Assembly (NCBI GenBank): GCA_027923505.1 | Contig: BROI01000021.1 | Location: 620,001 to 669,208, forward strand | Reading direction: 5' to 3' | DNA from: Mayamaea pseudoterrestris | Taxonomy: Eukaryota | Length of the DNA: 49,208 nucleotides | Shown: piece after piece, positions 20,271 to 32,440 of the stretch | Layout: the number at the start of each line of letters is the position of its first letter | How positions within the stretch are numbered: the stretch's first letter is position 1 | Notes under the pieces: generated by a model | Seen by the model: only the letters and a program-made list of their open reading frames with translations | Database searches by the model: none | What the model was told of the DNA's origin: nothing | Program-made: the position numbers and the translations under genes

Positions 20271-23200
20271 CTATTGGTAGATGGCAGACGCGGCGACAGC
20301 TCTGTGGAAAGCTTTCGACAAGATTGAATTCCCGACTTCATCATCCAATACCTCGCCACCGCGTCCAGAGACGTGCCCAGCCACCATTGCAATGAATAGC
20401 AAGCCCGGGATCTGCAATGGCATATTTGCACTACGTCTCAGCAAAACGAGGACAACGTCAAAGAGTTTGCCTACATTGCCACTTTCATTCTGTGCCCCAC
20501 ATGTCCTTAAAGCATTCGTGAAATGTTCGACGAGTCCGCTGGCCGTTCTACCACCACCTGACAAACTCGGGAGATCCGAAAGGCGTACACCTGTGACTAA
20601 CCTTGTGAACTGAGGTTTAGAACAAAGGTCGAGACCCGTTGTCGAGTCTCCAACGACTAGTATGGCCAGAGCAGCCGCCTTCCTCCATTGTTCTTGTTTA
20701 AAAACTAATTTGATGAGGTAATGTCCGACCATACAAGCGCCATTGTCAATTGTCGCCTCATATACTTGTGTACAGTCATTTCCGCACACATAACTTGCCT
20801 TGCTGTTCACCTTTGCGTCCGTAGTTCGTGGCTGTGAGCGTCCCAACATGCCGCAAAAAATCGGAGAGCGGCCACTATTAGTAAAATTGGTCGACATGCT
20901 GTCATCGTCATCTGACGAGTCAGTTTCTACGAATGGCTGGCTATCCACATCTTCCAACTTGAGCGCATATCTGAATACATCGCAGAGGACGAATTGTTCT
21001 TCCGATACAACGTCAAACCCGGTGTGACCGAACGACTCGAAGTAAACCTCTATAGCATCTAGACAGTGACCAAGAATTAAGTGGCAATTGTGTTGCAAAG
21101 TTTCAGTATCATGCAGTAGAGGCAGGGAAGACGACGCAGCAAGAATCGATCCATAGTCTAGCGACATCTCATATAAGTCAAGAAGTGTATCGCCGTCGTG
21201 GGAATCCCTCTCAGTAAGCGAATTTGGCAAAGGAAAAAGCGCATTCAAATATCTCGGCTCAAGCTGCCGGCCGATTTCAATAAATACAGCAGCAAATTGT
21301 AGTGGTGTTATCGTATAGCGAGCAAATTCAACAATTGTGGCGAACACAGACTCCGTAATGCGGCAAGCCTCCTGTCGCTCCGTGATATCACCAATTTCCT
21401 CGACAAGTCGAGTAAGAAGTAGCTGCAGTGACTTGAAGGCAATATCTTGGTAAGTACTTGATTGTATACGTTTTTCTAGTCGCCAATAAAAAGGCTCCAT
21501 CTCCGCTTGGATCTTACTCATTGTTCCCAGATTATCAAGCACCTGCGAATAGTATGATGGTAGGAATGCGGGAAACGACAAGATAAACGCGCTGGGTACC
21601 AATACTTCGTGTCCGAGAAAGTCCGATCTGAATTTGTCTCGCTCAAAATCTTCTCCGAGCTCTTGATGAAACTTGAGCACAGCTTGACCACACCCGAGCA
21701 TGCACCCATATTCCGACATCGGTGCAGCGGCTAGCATAAGATTTTTCGATGGTTCAGATGTAGATTGGTGCAGCCATGTCGTCGCCTTGCCCGCAGGCGT
21801 AGTATAGCCAAGTATGAGACGCCTTGGACGGACGAAGTTTCGACAATTATTCGTGACTCCGACTTCAATGGGATTCAGTAGTCTTTCATTGTTTGCAGCA
21901 ACATAGGTAACTGGAACAAACCACGACACGAAAGAACCGTCTGTGAGTTCGAGCAACCATACCATAACATCTAAGCTAATCGTAGTAATGTTCAATTTCT
22001 GCTTTTGTAGGTAATCAGCTCTCCAAACGTTGACCACCTCACACGCAGTTTTATCCGCTCTGGTGGCAAGAATCGACCCAACAGCTACTATGCTGCCGTG
22101 ATTTACACATATAGCGTCCAAACCCTGTGCAGGAGACCGGCGAGCAGCAATGGTAGCGATACCGATATGTGCTTGGTCCTGTCTTGATTGTGTGCTGATC
22201 TCAAGGTTAAACCCGAAAAACCCGCTGCTTAATAACAAATCGGCTGGTGTCCCGATTTCGTTGGCAGCAGCACAGCGGGCTAGCACGAAATATGTTAATG
22301 CGTCTTTGTATGGGTCATTCGCTAGCAATGGCTCAACGACAAGCTGGAGTTGGTAGATTTGAAAAGATGTGACTGCAGAGTCATCGGAGAGCAAGACAAT
22401 CGCTCTCCTAGTACCATTATTTTGCGTAGTGTCAGGTTGCGACAGGATATCCAGCGACGCCGGATGAAAGTTATTCGGCAGCGGCACGCCCCATCTATAT
22501 TTCCTCATTGCAGATGCTGGAAAAAGAAGCTGATGATCCAAATCAAGTATATTCGGTGACCAACACGACAGGTAGCGCCCAGCGCCGTCACCCTCGCGGA
22601 CTTCAATGACCACAATAATCAGATCTTCCCTTATAATGCCTTCGCCCGAGCATCTCGTATGTCCTTCCCACCAAGTGAGCGCAAGAACAGTAAATCGCCC
22701 TTCCTCTGACACCTTCCCAAACCTACGCCACCGTCTCGGCGTCCTGCTACGGACATGTTCGATCGACGGCGACGGAGCACATGCGTTCTCAACGTTATCG
22801 CTTCTAATGTCACAGGTACAGAAACCGCGCAATGAAGCCACTGCCACCCAGCGTCCCCACTTGCTTCCAATGGCAGCAAGACGTAACGCTCCGTGTGATT
22901 GTATATAATCGGCTGGTATTGCCGACTCACGCCATTCCATCTCAAAGTCGCGCTTTGCCGACGAGCAGCTGATGTTTGGGTATGACAATGAAGTTGCTGC
23001 TAAAAGTAAGTTGTTGCTTTTCCAAAAATTGTTTTTCCCATTCGCAACAAGAATGCTTGATCGTGGAGATAAGTGCGCAACGATGTAAATGTCGGCTCGA
23101 AACGTTGCATTCAATCTGAAACATGAAGATGTATGAACAAGCTTGGCCGCGCCAGATGCATCTCTACAGAGCTTTGCAACCGAAAAACTTGATGCTTGAT

Positions 23201-24602
23201 TAACCACATTTGATGCAATGATGACACTTTCAACATTTGAACGCCAGTTCCACACGCAAGCGAATGAAAGACGGCCTATAAGTCCAGATACTTCATTGCA
23301 GGCAACAAGGTCACCCGAAACGATAAGGCCTTCACTAACAGGGTCGTATTGCAAAGTGATTCGGCTACAACAGGTATCCGAAGCATTTTCCACTTTGTTA
23401 GTTTCATCAACCACAAACCCCGCATGGCGATTCTCTTGTAAACGCTGAGCCGTCAACTCCCATACCGCAATCGGCTTCGCGCCATCATTGGCAACAGCAT
23501 AACATTCGACAGATGACGTGGTATCTTGACTTCTTACAATTGCCAGATACGACCCACATAGCCATTCCGAGCATATAAATGACTGTCCAGGTATTCGATG
23601 GAGCAATTGAATAGCAACCGAGACACATCGACGCTCGGACCTTAGAGGTGAAGATGCATGACACTCCATCATCATCGCCTCATCACCTCCACGCATTGCA
23701 GTTAAATGTGTCGAAAAGATAGCCACAATCCCATCCGCACAAAGTGCTGCAAGTTTGCCCGTGGATCCATCGATCCCATCATCCCATTCAGTGCAATGCT
23801 TCAACTGTCGCACTTCTCGAGTCAAAGCACTCCACATTTTCCCATTCTCGTTCACGTGCTGTGGATGATACAGTAGCCCAGTCACGGTGAGAGGTTGATA
23901 TGAAAATCCCAAGATGGTTCCGTCTTGGCAGGCTACGAAGAGAATTGACGGGCCTCCTTCAAACCTCCGACATGACATTGTAGCATCTTCGATAGCTGTA
24001 ATTTGACAATCATTCCCAAGAATAGTTCCGCTGTTTAAGACCTGGTGGTTGCCAGCAACTAGATGGCGATTTTTCGGGAATTGTGAGTGCGCATATATGT
24101 AAGACGGCAATAGCGGCCGCTTCCTCGTCATGTGCAGAACGTCGTATAAGTGAAATACGACGAGCGTTCCACCAGAAGCCAGATACGGCGAAGGGACAAG
24201 ACAAGACAAATAATTGCAGTCGGAAGAAAAAAGCAAGGACAGTTCCATTTTTTCGGACAAGCGCTCGGCGTTGTCGCTCGAAGGCCGAATAGTTGGCTCG
24301 GCAGCCGCATGATCATCGGATGGTGCGAAAGTTATCTGGCAAATTGTTTCCGCATATTGCTCCGTTAGCGGCTCCGATGCAGGAGAAATTCTGACGCTTA
24401 GCTCGATGCAGCTTTTTTCTAAATTTACTTGTACTGTTGCAACCGCTCTTAAGGTTTGATCCGCGCTCAGTGCAAGAGCAACTCCAAGTCTGGCAGGGTG
24501 AATAGTTGGTTCAATCGAACTATCATCGCATTGATGTTCTTTAAGCTTCCATAGCAGATACGACGAAGATGAGGATTTTCCAACTGCAATAGCGAGGCTC
24601 AT
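20271..24602 (-). CDS. RIC1: RIC1-like protein (Rab6/Ypt6 GEF complex subunit), 1443 aa
   Basis: Long uninterrupted ORF with IPADYIQSHGALRLAAI..GRWVAVASLRGF and a C-terminal FIEIGRQLEPRYLNALFP..LYEMSLDYGSILAASSSLPLL RIC1-type segment. Confidence 0.7.
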   Translation of the reverse strand: MSLAIAVGKSSSSSYLLWKLKEHQCDDSSIEPTIHPARLGVALALSADQTLRAVATVQVNLEKSCIELSVRISPASEPLTEQYAETICQITFAPSDDHAAAEPTIRPSSDNAERLSEKMELSLLFSSDCNYLSCLVPSPYLASGGTLVVFHLYDVLHMTRKRPLLPSYIYAHSQFPKNRHLVAGNHQVLNSGTILGNDCQITAIEDATMSCRRFEGGPSILFVACQDGTILGFSYQPLTVTGLLYHPQHVNENGKMWSALTREVRQLKHCTEWDDGIDGSTGKLAALCADGIVAIFSTHLTAMRGGDEAMMMECHASSPLRSERRCVSVAIQLLHRIPGQSFICSEWLCGSYLAIVRSQDTTSSVECYAVANDGAKPIAVWELTAQRLQENRHAGFVVDETNKVENASDTCCSRITLQYDPVSEGLIVSGDLVACNEVSGLIGRLSFACVWNWRSNVESVIIASNVVNQASSFSVAKLCRDASGAAKLVHTSSCFRLNATFRADIYIVAHLSPRSSILVANGKNNFWKSNNLLLAATSLSYPNISCSSAKRDFEMEWRESAIPADYIQSHGALRLAAIGSKWGRWVAVASLRGFCTCDIRSDNVENACAPSPSIEHVRSRTPRRWRRFGKVSEEGRFTVLALTWWEGHTRCSGEGIIREDLIIVVIEVREGDGAGRYLSCWSPNILDLDHQLLFPASAMRKYRWGVPLPNNFHPASLDILSQPDTTQNNGTRRAIVLLSDDSAVTSFQIYQLQLVVEPLLANDPYKDALTYFVLARCAAANEIGTPADLLLSSGFFGFNLEISTQSRQDQAHIGIATIAARRSPAQGLDAICVNHGSIVAVGSILATRADKTACEVVNVWRADYLQKQKLNITTISLDVMVWLLELTDGSFVSWFVPVTYVAANNERLLNPIEVGVTNNCRNFVRPRRLILGYTTPAGKATTWLHQSTSEPSKNLMLAAAPMSEYGCMLGCGQAVLKFHQELGEDFERDKFRSDFLGHEVLVPSAFILSFPAFLPSYYSQVLDNLGTMSKIQAEMEPFYWRLEKRIQSSTYQDIAFKSLQLLLTRLVEEIGDITERQEACRITESVFATIVEFARYTITPLQFAAVFIEIGRQLEPRYLNALFPLPNSLTERDSHDGDTLLDLYEMSLDYGSILAASSSLPLLHDTETLQHNCHLILGHCLDAIEVYFESFGHTGFDVVSEEQFVLCDVFRYALKLEDVDSQPFVETDSSDDDDSMSTNFTNSGRSPIFCGMLGRSQPRTTDAKVNSKASYVCGNDCTQVYEATIDNGACMVGHYLIKLVFKQEQWRKAAALAILVVGDSTTGLDLCSKPQFTRLVTGVRLSDLPSLSGGGRTASGLVEHFTNALRTCGAQNESGNVGKLFDVVLVLLRRSANMPLQIPGLLFIAMVAGHVSGRGGEVLDDEVGNSILSKAFHRAVAASAIYQ

Positions 24603-24795
24603 AAGTGGCTAACTGCGCTGCAAAGGAAGTGCCATTAGACAATTTGATTCACAACTTTTCGCACTGAACCTTTGCCATGGTGGATCGTGTGGGTGGTCAC
24701 TTCTGGAAACGTCGCATCGTTACAAAATAGTGTCGTAGCGTCACTGCAGATCGAAACGCCTTCATTCGCACTTTCCGTGAGGCAGAAAATAGAAA

Positions 24796-27700
24796 ATGAC
24801 CATGGCCGACCGGAACGAAGCCTCTCCCGTTCGTTTGACAGCTCAGGACGAGCGACGCATCATTTCCAAACGTCAACAACGAGGCGAGTGCGTCGCTTGT
24901 GGAACTAAACTATATCGTATCAACTTGCTCGGCAAGAAGACTCCATTGAAAACGGTCACGAAGGATGGTGCTTGCGTGACTTGTTTCGATGAAGCAACTA
25001 TTGGCAAAGTTCCAAGAATTTTGGAGGTGCTCCATCGAAGAACTGTGGAAATGGACGACAGTCAAACCATGATATCGGGCTTGACGCTCCCAGTTGATCT
25101 TGCTTTAGGTGCGCGAATGATTGAAGCTCGCGCGCAACAACCAGTAGTCATTCACCCAGTAAATCAAAAAGAGGAGATTTCTAGCGCTTTTCATGTAGTA
25201 TCGGACCCATCTCCTGGCTCCATGGTTTATGGAGAAGGAAGATGCAGAGAGCATGACCAAGTTGACCACGCCTTAAAAAACCGACGTGGTAGCAAGGGTT
25301 TTATGCCGCCGACGAGTCTGCTTCAACAAACGACCTTGGCAGCCGTCCGACGAAAAGAACGACTTTATGGACCTGACGCGGCACAAATCATATGGGAACC
25401 AGCGACCAAGCTTGATATTTGTGATGAAGAATCTTCAGCGTCCACCACTCCCGATCCCATGCCCAACAGCTTCAAAGACCGAAGAATGGAAGAGCATGTA
25501 TTTGGTAGCAAACTGACAAATTCTGCGGGCCCACGATCTACGGAATCGCCCCATCTTCTTGAAAATTTCGAAGAGCCTCAAGAAATCTATCTTGGTTTGA
25601 AAGAATTAGAAAGAAGCAAAGAAGTAGGTGATGAGACAGCTACATCCATTACTTCGAGTCGTGAGCAGCATTCGGCCGAGCCCGGGACTATGCGGTCGCT
25701 TGAGCAAGACTGCACCAGCATCCGGGATTCTCAGTCTCATCAGCTTAGCAAAGATGAAAGTATCAGAAGCACTGCGTCATCACCTCCATACTTTAAGATG
25801 TCATCGCAGCGATTGCAAGCAAATTCAGTTGAAAATCTCGTTCGAACTCTTTCATCCGCCTCCACGCAGGACCGCACCAGCCGTGTTGCCGCGTTGAAGG
25901 GAATTTCCGACATGATACTTGAGCAAGGATCCGACGCGCAACGGGCACTCGCACAGTGCAGGGGATTGGAAACTATTGCTGCCATCATTTGGTCCGATAT
26001 TTGCGACGACATTCTGCAGGAAGCGGCCTTGACGGTGCTTTTTGCGCTCGTCGCATCGTCGGACGGTGCATCGCTAGCCACTGTTTGGGTCGGCGACGCA
26101 GCCCAGGACTGTCTGGATGCTATACTTGTGTCCATGCGGACGCTCATCGGCAATGAAACGATTCAAAGCATTGGATGTAAAGTACTTGGCTGCCTAGCCA
26201 AAGCGTCTATTGAAAACGATGGCCTTAATGATGGAAGTTTCTCGGGGGCAATATGGACCGTCCTTAATGCTCTGCAGGAGCACGAGCAGAGCTTGGATGT
26301 TCAAGAGCGCGGTATTCGCGCTTTATGCAACTATTGTGAACATTCTAAGAATTCTGAAGCCAACAAAGAAACGGCAGCGAAAAGCCCACTCGAGAATGGC
26401 GAACACGGCGCAGATGTTTTTGTGAAGAGTTTACGCCTCTCTGCATCTTCACCGACGTTGTGTGAGTGCGTCTGTAAACTATATTACATCCTATCGACGG
26501 GTACGGATACTATCCACCTGCTCGCTCCGATTGAATGCGCTTTGAAAGCTATGCTGTCTATCTTGTGGGAGTACCGCGTGAAGACTGGCGCTACCTCACT
26601 ACTTGAAGCTGGTCTTGGCGCAGTAGCCAACATACTGACACACGAAGGCACCCGCGAAGCGATTAATAATGGCAAGGTTTTACGCCTCTCCTTTGACGTG
26701 ATTAACCTGCAAAGGTTAAACCAGTCCGTCGTGACGGCCGCATATCGACTTGTGACAATCTTGTGCCCAGGCAGCACGGATGGCGCTCATGTCGAAACGG
26801 AGCACCTCATCCATGTTTACGATGCCATGCTTTGCTCTCCAACTTCTACGAAGGTTAAAGTTGCTGCGTTACATACATTACTCTGTCTTGGAGAGAGCTC
26901 TGATATCTTGACGGATTTGCTGCTTGAGCCAATCCTCTACGCGAAACTAATGCAGGTTCGACCTATTCTTGTCGAAGCCGACACCGAGGCGATGGCTTGC
27001 CAGCTTATAGCTCGCCTTTTTCAAAGTCAACTCCCCAGCAATCGTCCCGTCGTCTCTGATATGGTGGCCTATGTTCTCTCAGCCATATTGCGGCATCAAA
27101 CCTCCCGGGAACTAGCGGAAGCAGCAACCAGTGCACTTGATACGGCCATTGCCCAACACGGCTCAAGCATCTTCTGTGTCCATGAGCTACTGGGTGCTGT
27201 TCTGGACGTCATGGAAAGACATGAGTTGTCCGGACCGATACAGACGAGCTGCTGCTGTATCATCTCGGTGGTTTTGTCGTCGTCGTTCATTAAATCTGAG
27301 CAAGTCTATGCATATCGCCGAAAATGTCTTATCCGATTGGTAGCGGCTTTACGGACTCTACCGTCTGAATTTTCTGTCGTGCATCCTGCTTGTGAAGCCT
27401 TGAACTCGCTAGTTGCTTCTTCCTCGTATGAAATGAGATCTACGTTTTTTGCGGATGGCAGCCTTGCAACTGTCTTGACGAGTATTTTGGCGATGTATCC
27501 AGCATTACTGGCCCAAATTGCACGTGTACTCGCAGCCGTTGCAGATAGCATTTCCAGTGATTCAGTTTTGAGTGAAGCCCACAGTGAGATCATTCAAGTC
27601 ATGCGGATGGGTGCTCTAGACGCATACTCTATGTACAACAGTGTTTTGTTTTTGTTTCGCGTTGTCGAAGCCCGCCCAGCGCAAATTGCAATCGCGTCTG

Positions 27701-27930
27701 ATGCCATTGTCATCGTACTAGATGCAATGACCTCGCATCACGACGAAGCTAATGATTTCCTAATGGAGGCTTGTCGCTATTTAACGATCATGTCTGACGA
27801 CCCGAGCTCCAGACAAAAGATCCTCAATTGCGGCGGAGTTGGCGTGATTGTCACCGTTTTGGACAATGCGAAGGAAAAACGTTTGCAACGAGCCGCGCTG
27901 ACCGCTTTCAATAAACTCGCATTGATCTAA
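24796..27930 (+). CDS. Armadillo-repeat protein with N-terminal CxxC..CxxC module, 1044 aa
   Basis: Uninterrupted ORF. GECVACG..GACVTC, then an acidic disordered linker, then ARM-like helical repeats (VLNALQEH..VQERGIRALCN; GGVGVIVTVL). Confidence 0.8.
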   Translation: MTMADRNEASPVRLTAQDERRIISKRQQRGECVACGTKLYRINLLGKKTPLKTVTKDGACVTCFDEATIGKVPRILEVLHRRTVEMDDSQTMISGLTLPVDLALGARMIEARAQQPVVIHPVNQKEEISSAFHVVSDPSPGSMVYGEGRCREHDQVDHALKNRRGSKGFMPPTSLLQQTTLAAVRRKERLYGPDAAQIIWEPATKLDICDEESSASTTPDPMPNSFKDRRMEEHVFGSKLTNSAGPRSTESPHLLENFEEPQEIYLGLKELERSKEVGDETATSITSSREQHSAEPGTMRSLEQDCTSIRDSQSHQLSKDESIRSTASSPPYFKMSSQRLQANSVENLVRTLSSASTQDRTSRVAALKGISDMILEQGSDAQRALAQCRGLETIAAIIWSDICDDILQEAALTVLFALVASSDGASLATVWVGDAAQDCLDAILVSMRTLIGNETIQSIGCKVLGCLAKASIENDGLNDGSFSGAIWTVLNALQEHEQSLDVQERGIRALCNYCEHSKNSEANKETAAKSPLENGEHGADVFVKSLRLSASSPTLCECVCKLYYILSTGTDTIHLLAPIECALKAMLSILWEYRVKTGATSLLEAGLGAVANILTHEGTREAINNGKVLRLSFDVINLQRLNQSVVTAAYRLVTILCPGSTDGAHVETEHLIHVYDAMLCSPTSTKVKVAALHTLLCLGESSDILTDLLLEPILYAKLMQVRPILVEADTEAMACQLIARLFQSQLPSNRPVVSDMVAYVLSAILRHQTSRELAEAATSALDTAIAQHGSSIFCVHELLGAVLDVMERHELSGPIQTSCCCIISVVLSSSFIKSEQVYAYRRKCLIRLVAALRTLPSEFSVVHPACEALNSLVASSSYEMRSTFFADGSLATVLTSILAMYPALLAQIARVLAAVADSISSDSVLSEAHSEIIQVMRMGALDAYSMYNSVLFLFRVVEARPAQIAIASDAIVIVLDAMTSHHDEANDFLMEACRYLTIMSDDPSSRQKILNCGGVGVIVTVLDNAKEKRLQRAALTAFNKLALI

Positions 27931-28245
27931 AATATTTTCTTACTTATTCTTTTGCGTCTACTAAATGTTTCCCGCTGCAAGATATCTATTATACATATCA
28001 TACAAGGTATGTACTGTACATACGTACGGTAAGCAAGGTTAGCCGAGCGCGGGCGACAGCGGTGCGACAAAGTGACTTTCGGAATGTGTCGTGAGTCATC
28101 CGTTTCCACTCACGGATGACTCGTCGCGTTGATGTGAGACATTTTCGAGATCAAAGTCATGACAAGTGCATTTTGACAGTGAGAAACTGAACTGGATGAT
28201 AGTATTTGGTGTTTCTGCTACGAAAGTAATTGCATTAGATATAGC

Positions 28246-29862
28246 ATGAGAACGGCAGACGACGACACTGTAATGAAAGCGAGCAACAATGTTGTACAGT
28301 CACCCACTTTAGCAACTCGCCAGGATCTCGCCAATGCAACATTCAACCTCACGTCACAGCGATCAGTGAACTTTGAAGATAGTATGGAAGGCAGTGTCGA
28401 ACTAAATGACAGCGGATTTTACGTTTCCAACAGTAGTGCAAATGTTGGATCACCGAGGTCGCCTCGTCCAACCAACAAGCCTCCAGTCAAGTCTAGACCA
28501 GGACCCACCCAAAGTCAGCTCATGGCTGCAAGTGATCGTCCTGGTTTGGGCGCAAACACGAGTGGATCGTTTCAGAATGCATCGTTTCGAACTGAACCTT
28601 CGCGAAGGGACAACAGTCGCAACAATCTACTGCAATCCATGCGCAGTGCACAAGGTCTCAAACCCAGTGTTCACCTGCGCAAGTATTCAGTGGGAGGGAT
28701 GCGATATTCATCGGAGAAGCGACAAATTGCCGGAATGCTGATGCTCTTCGGGCTTGCATGCGTCTTTCAACCACTTTACTCGACAGCTACTTTAATTGGG
28801 ACCAATGGAACGACGCACTTGGTTGGAGTAGACTTTGCAATTCTTTTTGGTGATGTTTGCATCATATTACTTGGCATAATGGCTGTTGGGATTGGCTTGG
28901 CCGAGTTTGTCGTCGAATCAGGAGATGAGAAGTATACGACTGCTCTTCTTTTATGGGTACAGACTGGCTTTGTTTGGGTCATTTCTTCCATGACATCCGT
29001 CGGTCGAATAGCTGTTGGATCCATCGGTTTTATTCCCGAAGCGTACAATCCTTCGGTGCTTATAAACCGATTTCTTGGTGCCATGGGTATCATTGCGATT
29101 GCATCTTATGGCTTTGCTATGATTGGATCGGTCGCATTTATGGGATTCTCTCTGTATGCGTTCCAAATCATGAAACCGCAAGAGCGCGATCGAGACTACT
29201 ACGTGTCGCGAGCAGCAATTTACAGTGGCGCATTGTTCCTTGCCGGTTTGAGCCAGTTTCTTATGGGCATTTTCATTATTGAGGTCTATGGTAAGCGCTG
29301 AACTCTTCTCTGTTATGCTTGGCGGCTTATCTGTAAGCAGTGACTTACATCATGTCCTGTTGTACTTGCTCTGAGAGGAATGACGCTCGAATCTGGACCA
29401 ATACAGGTCGGTTTCTTTCTAATCAATCTGCCTCTTGTTACGACGCTTATTGGAGTGATACAGACAGCCAGCGGGCTGTGGGGATTTCTTAGAGCATTTG
29501 GTTTGTTTGTTAAAAGTAGATCGGACAATCGTTTTCAGCTTGCCATGGGAGTTGTTTGGGTGGCTCAGTTGATTCTGCAGTGCATAGTACAATCGGCTTA
29601 CTTACCTGAAAGTAAAGGTGCTGGATTTGCTGCTTCAGTGGCTGGCTTATCGTTTGCTCTTAATGTCATGCCATTTTACTTGGATTACAAGGTACGAATG
29701 ACGTTGAAGCGAGTGAAGCCAGCTTATTTTGGGCTGGTCGATGATGACGAAATAGCAGTGGATAACGACGCGGAAATTAAGATTTCGATTCGCAGGAAGA
29801 GCAGCATCGCCGAGTCGCCCAACCCATTTAAGCCACGGTCCGGAGCAGTCGAATCAGCATGA
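28246..29862 (+). CDS. Multi-pass membrane protein of unknown function. Intron about 29291-29377
   Basis: Ser-rich soluble N-terminus followed by ~8 hydrophobic segments across two ORFs. The GTAAGC donor joins in frame at an AG ending 29377; the acceptor is less certain. Confidence 0.7.
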
Positions 29863-29986
29863 TTTGTTCGATTTTCGGATCCTAGTGGGCGATTGACCTT
29901 AACCTACACTGATGTTAACAAATTGGTGGGCCGCCAACAAGGATGACGAGCAATACCGACAGGTCAAAATTCTTAAATATCGTTTT

Positions 29987-32440
29987 TTATAAATCCAGAT
30001 CGCCAGCACTCATGTAGTCGGCTTGCGTCGTTATAAATAGACGCCGGGGACCCACTGCATCACCCATTAGAATCCCCAATGTCTGATCGGCAAGAGCAGC
30101 ATCGTCGGCGGTCACTCTTAGCAGTTTTCTCGTCATGGGGTCCATGGTAGTGTCCCAGAGCTGTCCTGGCATCATCTCGCCAAGCCCTTTGAACCGCTGT
30201 ATCGATACTTTCCCAGACGATATAGCATTGTCCACTTCTTGCGGGCCGCTCAAGGCAAGCAGCATAACAATGACTTCGTCTCGTTCTTTGTCGTCAAAAG
30301 CGTACACTTCCTTTCTTGTCCGTCCACTTCCAGTTGACACTTTGTATAGAGGCGGCTGCGCGATGAAAACGTGCCCTCGTTCAATAAGCTCTTTCTGATA
30401 ACGGTAAAAGAAAGTCAAGAGTAACACCCGAATATGGGCACCATCAACGTCTGCGTCAGTCATGATGATAACCTTGCCGTAGCGAATCGATTTGGAATCG
30501 AAGTCGGCACCCTTGACACCCAAGCCCAACGCTGAAATTAAACCTTGCAGCTCATTGTTTTGATAGATGCGCTCAGCTGCTGCCCGCTCAATATTTAAAA
30601 TCTTGCCACGAAGGGGAAGAATTGCCTGCGTCCTTCGGTCGCGTCCTTGCTTGGCAGATCCGGCTGCTGAGTCTCCTTCAACGATAAATATTTCCGATTC
30701 ATCAATGTCACGCGAGGCACAGTCTGAGAGTTTACCAGGAAGGATGGCCGATGTCAATAGCGTCTTTCTCCGAACCATATCTCGCGCAGCTTTTGCCGCC
30801 GCAGCAGCTTTTGCTGCACTCGTTGCCTTTTCATATATTGCGTCTAGCAGTTCGGGACGGAAGTCAAAAAGGGTGGTGAGTTCCATCGTAACGACCGAGT
30901 CGACGGCGGGACGAACTTCTGGATTACCAAGGCGTCCCTTAGTTTGTCCCTCGAATTCTGGATCGGCCACAGAGACAGATATAATAGCTGTAAGGCCTTC
31001 TCTGATAAATTCGCCGGGTATGTTCCCAGACGCTTCTTTGGACTTGCTGAGCCGTTTAGCAGTTTGATTTATAGTTCTCGTCAAACAAGCTTTAAGTCCT
31101 TCCACGTGGGAGCCACCATCGCGGGTTCGTATATTGTTGCAAAAAGAGAGTATAGATTCGGTGTACATGTCTGACGACCATCGAAGGGCGACCGAAACGC
31201 CAACAGAAGGTCTACCGTCACTAGCAGGGCTCGTGCCAGTGATGAAAATGGTGGATTCGTCAATCGATAAAATGCCAGTTAATGGATCAGACGGAAGGTC
31301 TACTACAGTCCCCGCTGTTTTGGATCTTTTCACTTTCGTTATCTTCGAGGATTTTGTAAATAAGGGGGTCTTGGACTGACATAAAAGCTCCACGTATTCA
31401 ATCAGTCCGCCGGCGTGATAGAAGACCTTCAGCCTATTCTTCACCTTAGGCATGATTCGTTCATCCTTTAGCGTAAGAACTAAACCGGGATTGAGATAGG
31501 CGATCTCGTCCATTCGACTTCGCAAACGACTTGATTCAAAAGTGATACAAGGCATTCCATCCACCCCTTTAAAAACGAGCATATCAGGCAAGAATGTGAC
31601 AATCGTCCCAGACTCACGCGCCGATAAGAGACCATTTAACAATTCAAGGTTTTCTTTTCGTTGTAAAAGATCAATTCGATCATCATCGTCAATCGAAATG
31701 CTATCGAGTCGCTCAAGTTCTTCCGCTACATCTGGATCCATAATTCCTGCCGGCTGTTTCGCGTCAACTTGCAGACTCTCCACGGGAACTCCTCGTCGGA
31801 AGCGCATGCTATATCGGGTCCCAAGTCGATCTACAGCGACGCTAACGCGGTCACTGAGCGCATTAACGACACTAATACCAACGCCGTGAAGACCCCCCGA
31901 CGTTTTGTATCCACTGTCCGATTCTTGATTATTGAACTTTCCGCCCGCGTGCAAAACAGTCAGTACAGTCTCTAATGAACTTTTTTGCGTCACTGGATGA
32001 ATACTCGTTGGAATCCCTCTTCCATCATCCATGACCGTCACGGATCCATCCTGGTGAATGGTAGTGCATACAATCTTGGCGTGGCCGGCCAAGGCTTCGT
32101 CGACCGAATTGTCTACGACTTCCCAGACCAAATGATGCAAGCCATCCGGTCCAGTCGAGCCAATATACATGCCGGGTCTTTTGCGGACAGGGTCTAGACC
32201 TTCTAAAACAGTAATTTGGTCGGCATCGTATGCTCCATTTATTTGGTCTTGCTGACTGAGAGTGTTAATGCTGCTTGAGATGGTGCTTGCTGCCATGCAC
32301 CTTCGAGATTGTCGAGTGAACGATGGTCCATCGCCGAACAAACTGTGTTTCGAAACAGTTTGATAATGCAACTGAAATCCAATGGCACAGCTATGGAACA
32401 AAAACACTATTTGCCACAAATGCTTGCTTGGAACACTCAT
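29987..32440 (-). CDS. gyrB: DNA gyrase subunit B, organelle-targeted (probably plastid)
   Basis: [65 protein letters not shown] and QRFKGLGEM. Presequence ..[10 protein letters not shown]. Confidence 0.97.
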   Translation of the reverse strand: MSVPSKHLWQIVFLFHSCAIGFQLHYQTVSKHSLFGDGPSFTRQSRRCMAASTISSSINTLSQQDQINGAYDADQITVLEGLDPVRKRPGMYIGSTGPDGLHHLVWEVVDNSVDEALAGHAKIVCTTIHQDGSVTVMDDGRGIPTSIHPVTQKSSLETVLTVLHAGGKFNNQESDSGYKTSGGLHGVGISVVNALSDRVSVAVDRLGTRYSMRFRRGVPVESLQVDAKQPAGIMDPDVAEELERLDSISIDDDDRIDLLQRKENLELLNGLLSARESGTIVTFLPDMLVFKGVDGMPCITFESSRLRSRMDEIAYLNPGLVLTLKDERIMPKVKNRLKVFYHAGGLIEYVELLCQSKTPLFTKSSKITKVKRSKTAGTVVDLPSDPLTGILSIDESTIFITGTSPASDGRPSVGVSVALRWSSDMYTESILSFCNNIRTRDGGSHVEGLKACLTRTINQTAKRLSKSKEASGNIPGEFIREGLTAIISVSVADPEFEGQTKGRLGNPEVRPAVDSVVTMELTTLFDFRPELLDAIYEKATSAAKAAAAAKAARDMVRRKTLLTSAILPGKLSDCASRDIDESEIFIVEGDSAAGSAKQGRDRRTQAILPLRGKILNIERAAAERIYQNNELQGLISALGLGVKGADFDSKSIRYGKVIIMTDADVDGAHIRVLLLTFFYRYQKELIERGHVFIAQPPLYKVSTGSGRTRKEVYAFDDKERDEVIVMLLALSGPQEVDNAISSGKVSIQRFKGLGEMMPGQLWDTTMDPMTRKLLRVTADDAALADQTLGILMGDAVGPRRLFITTQADYMSAGDLDL

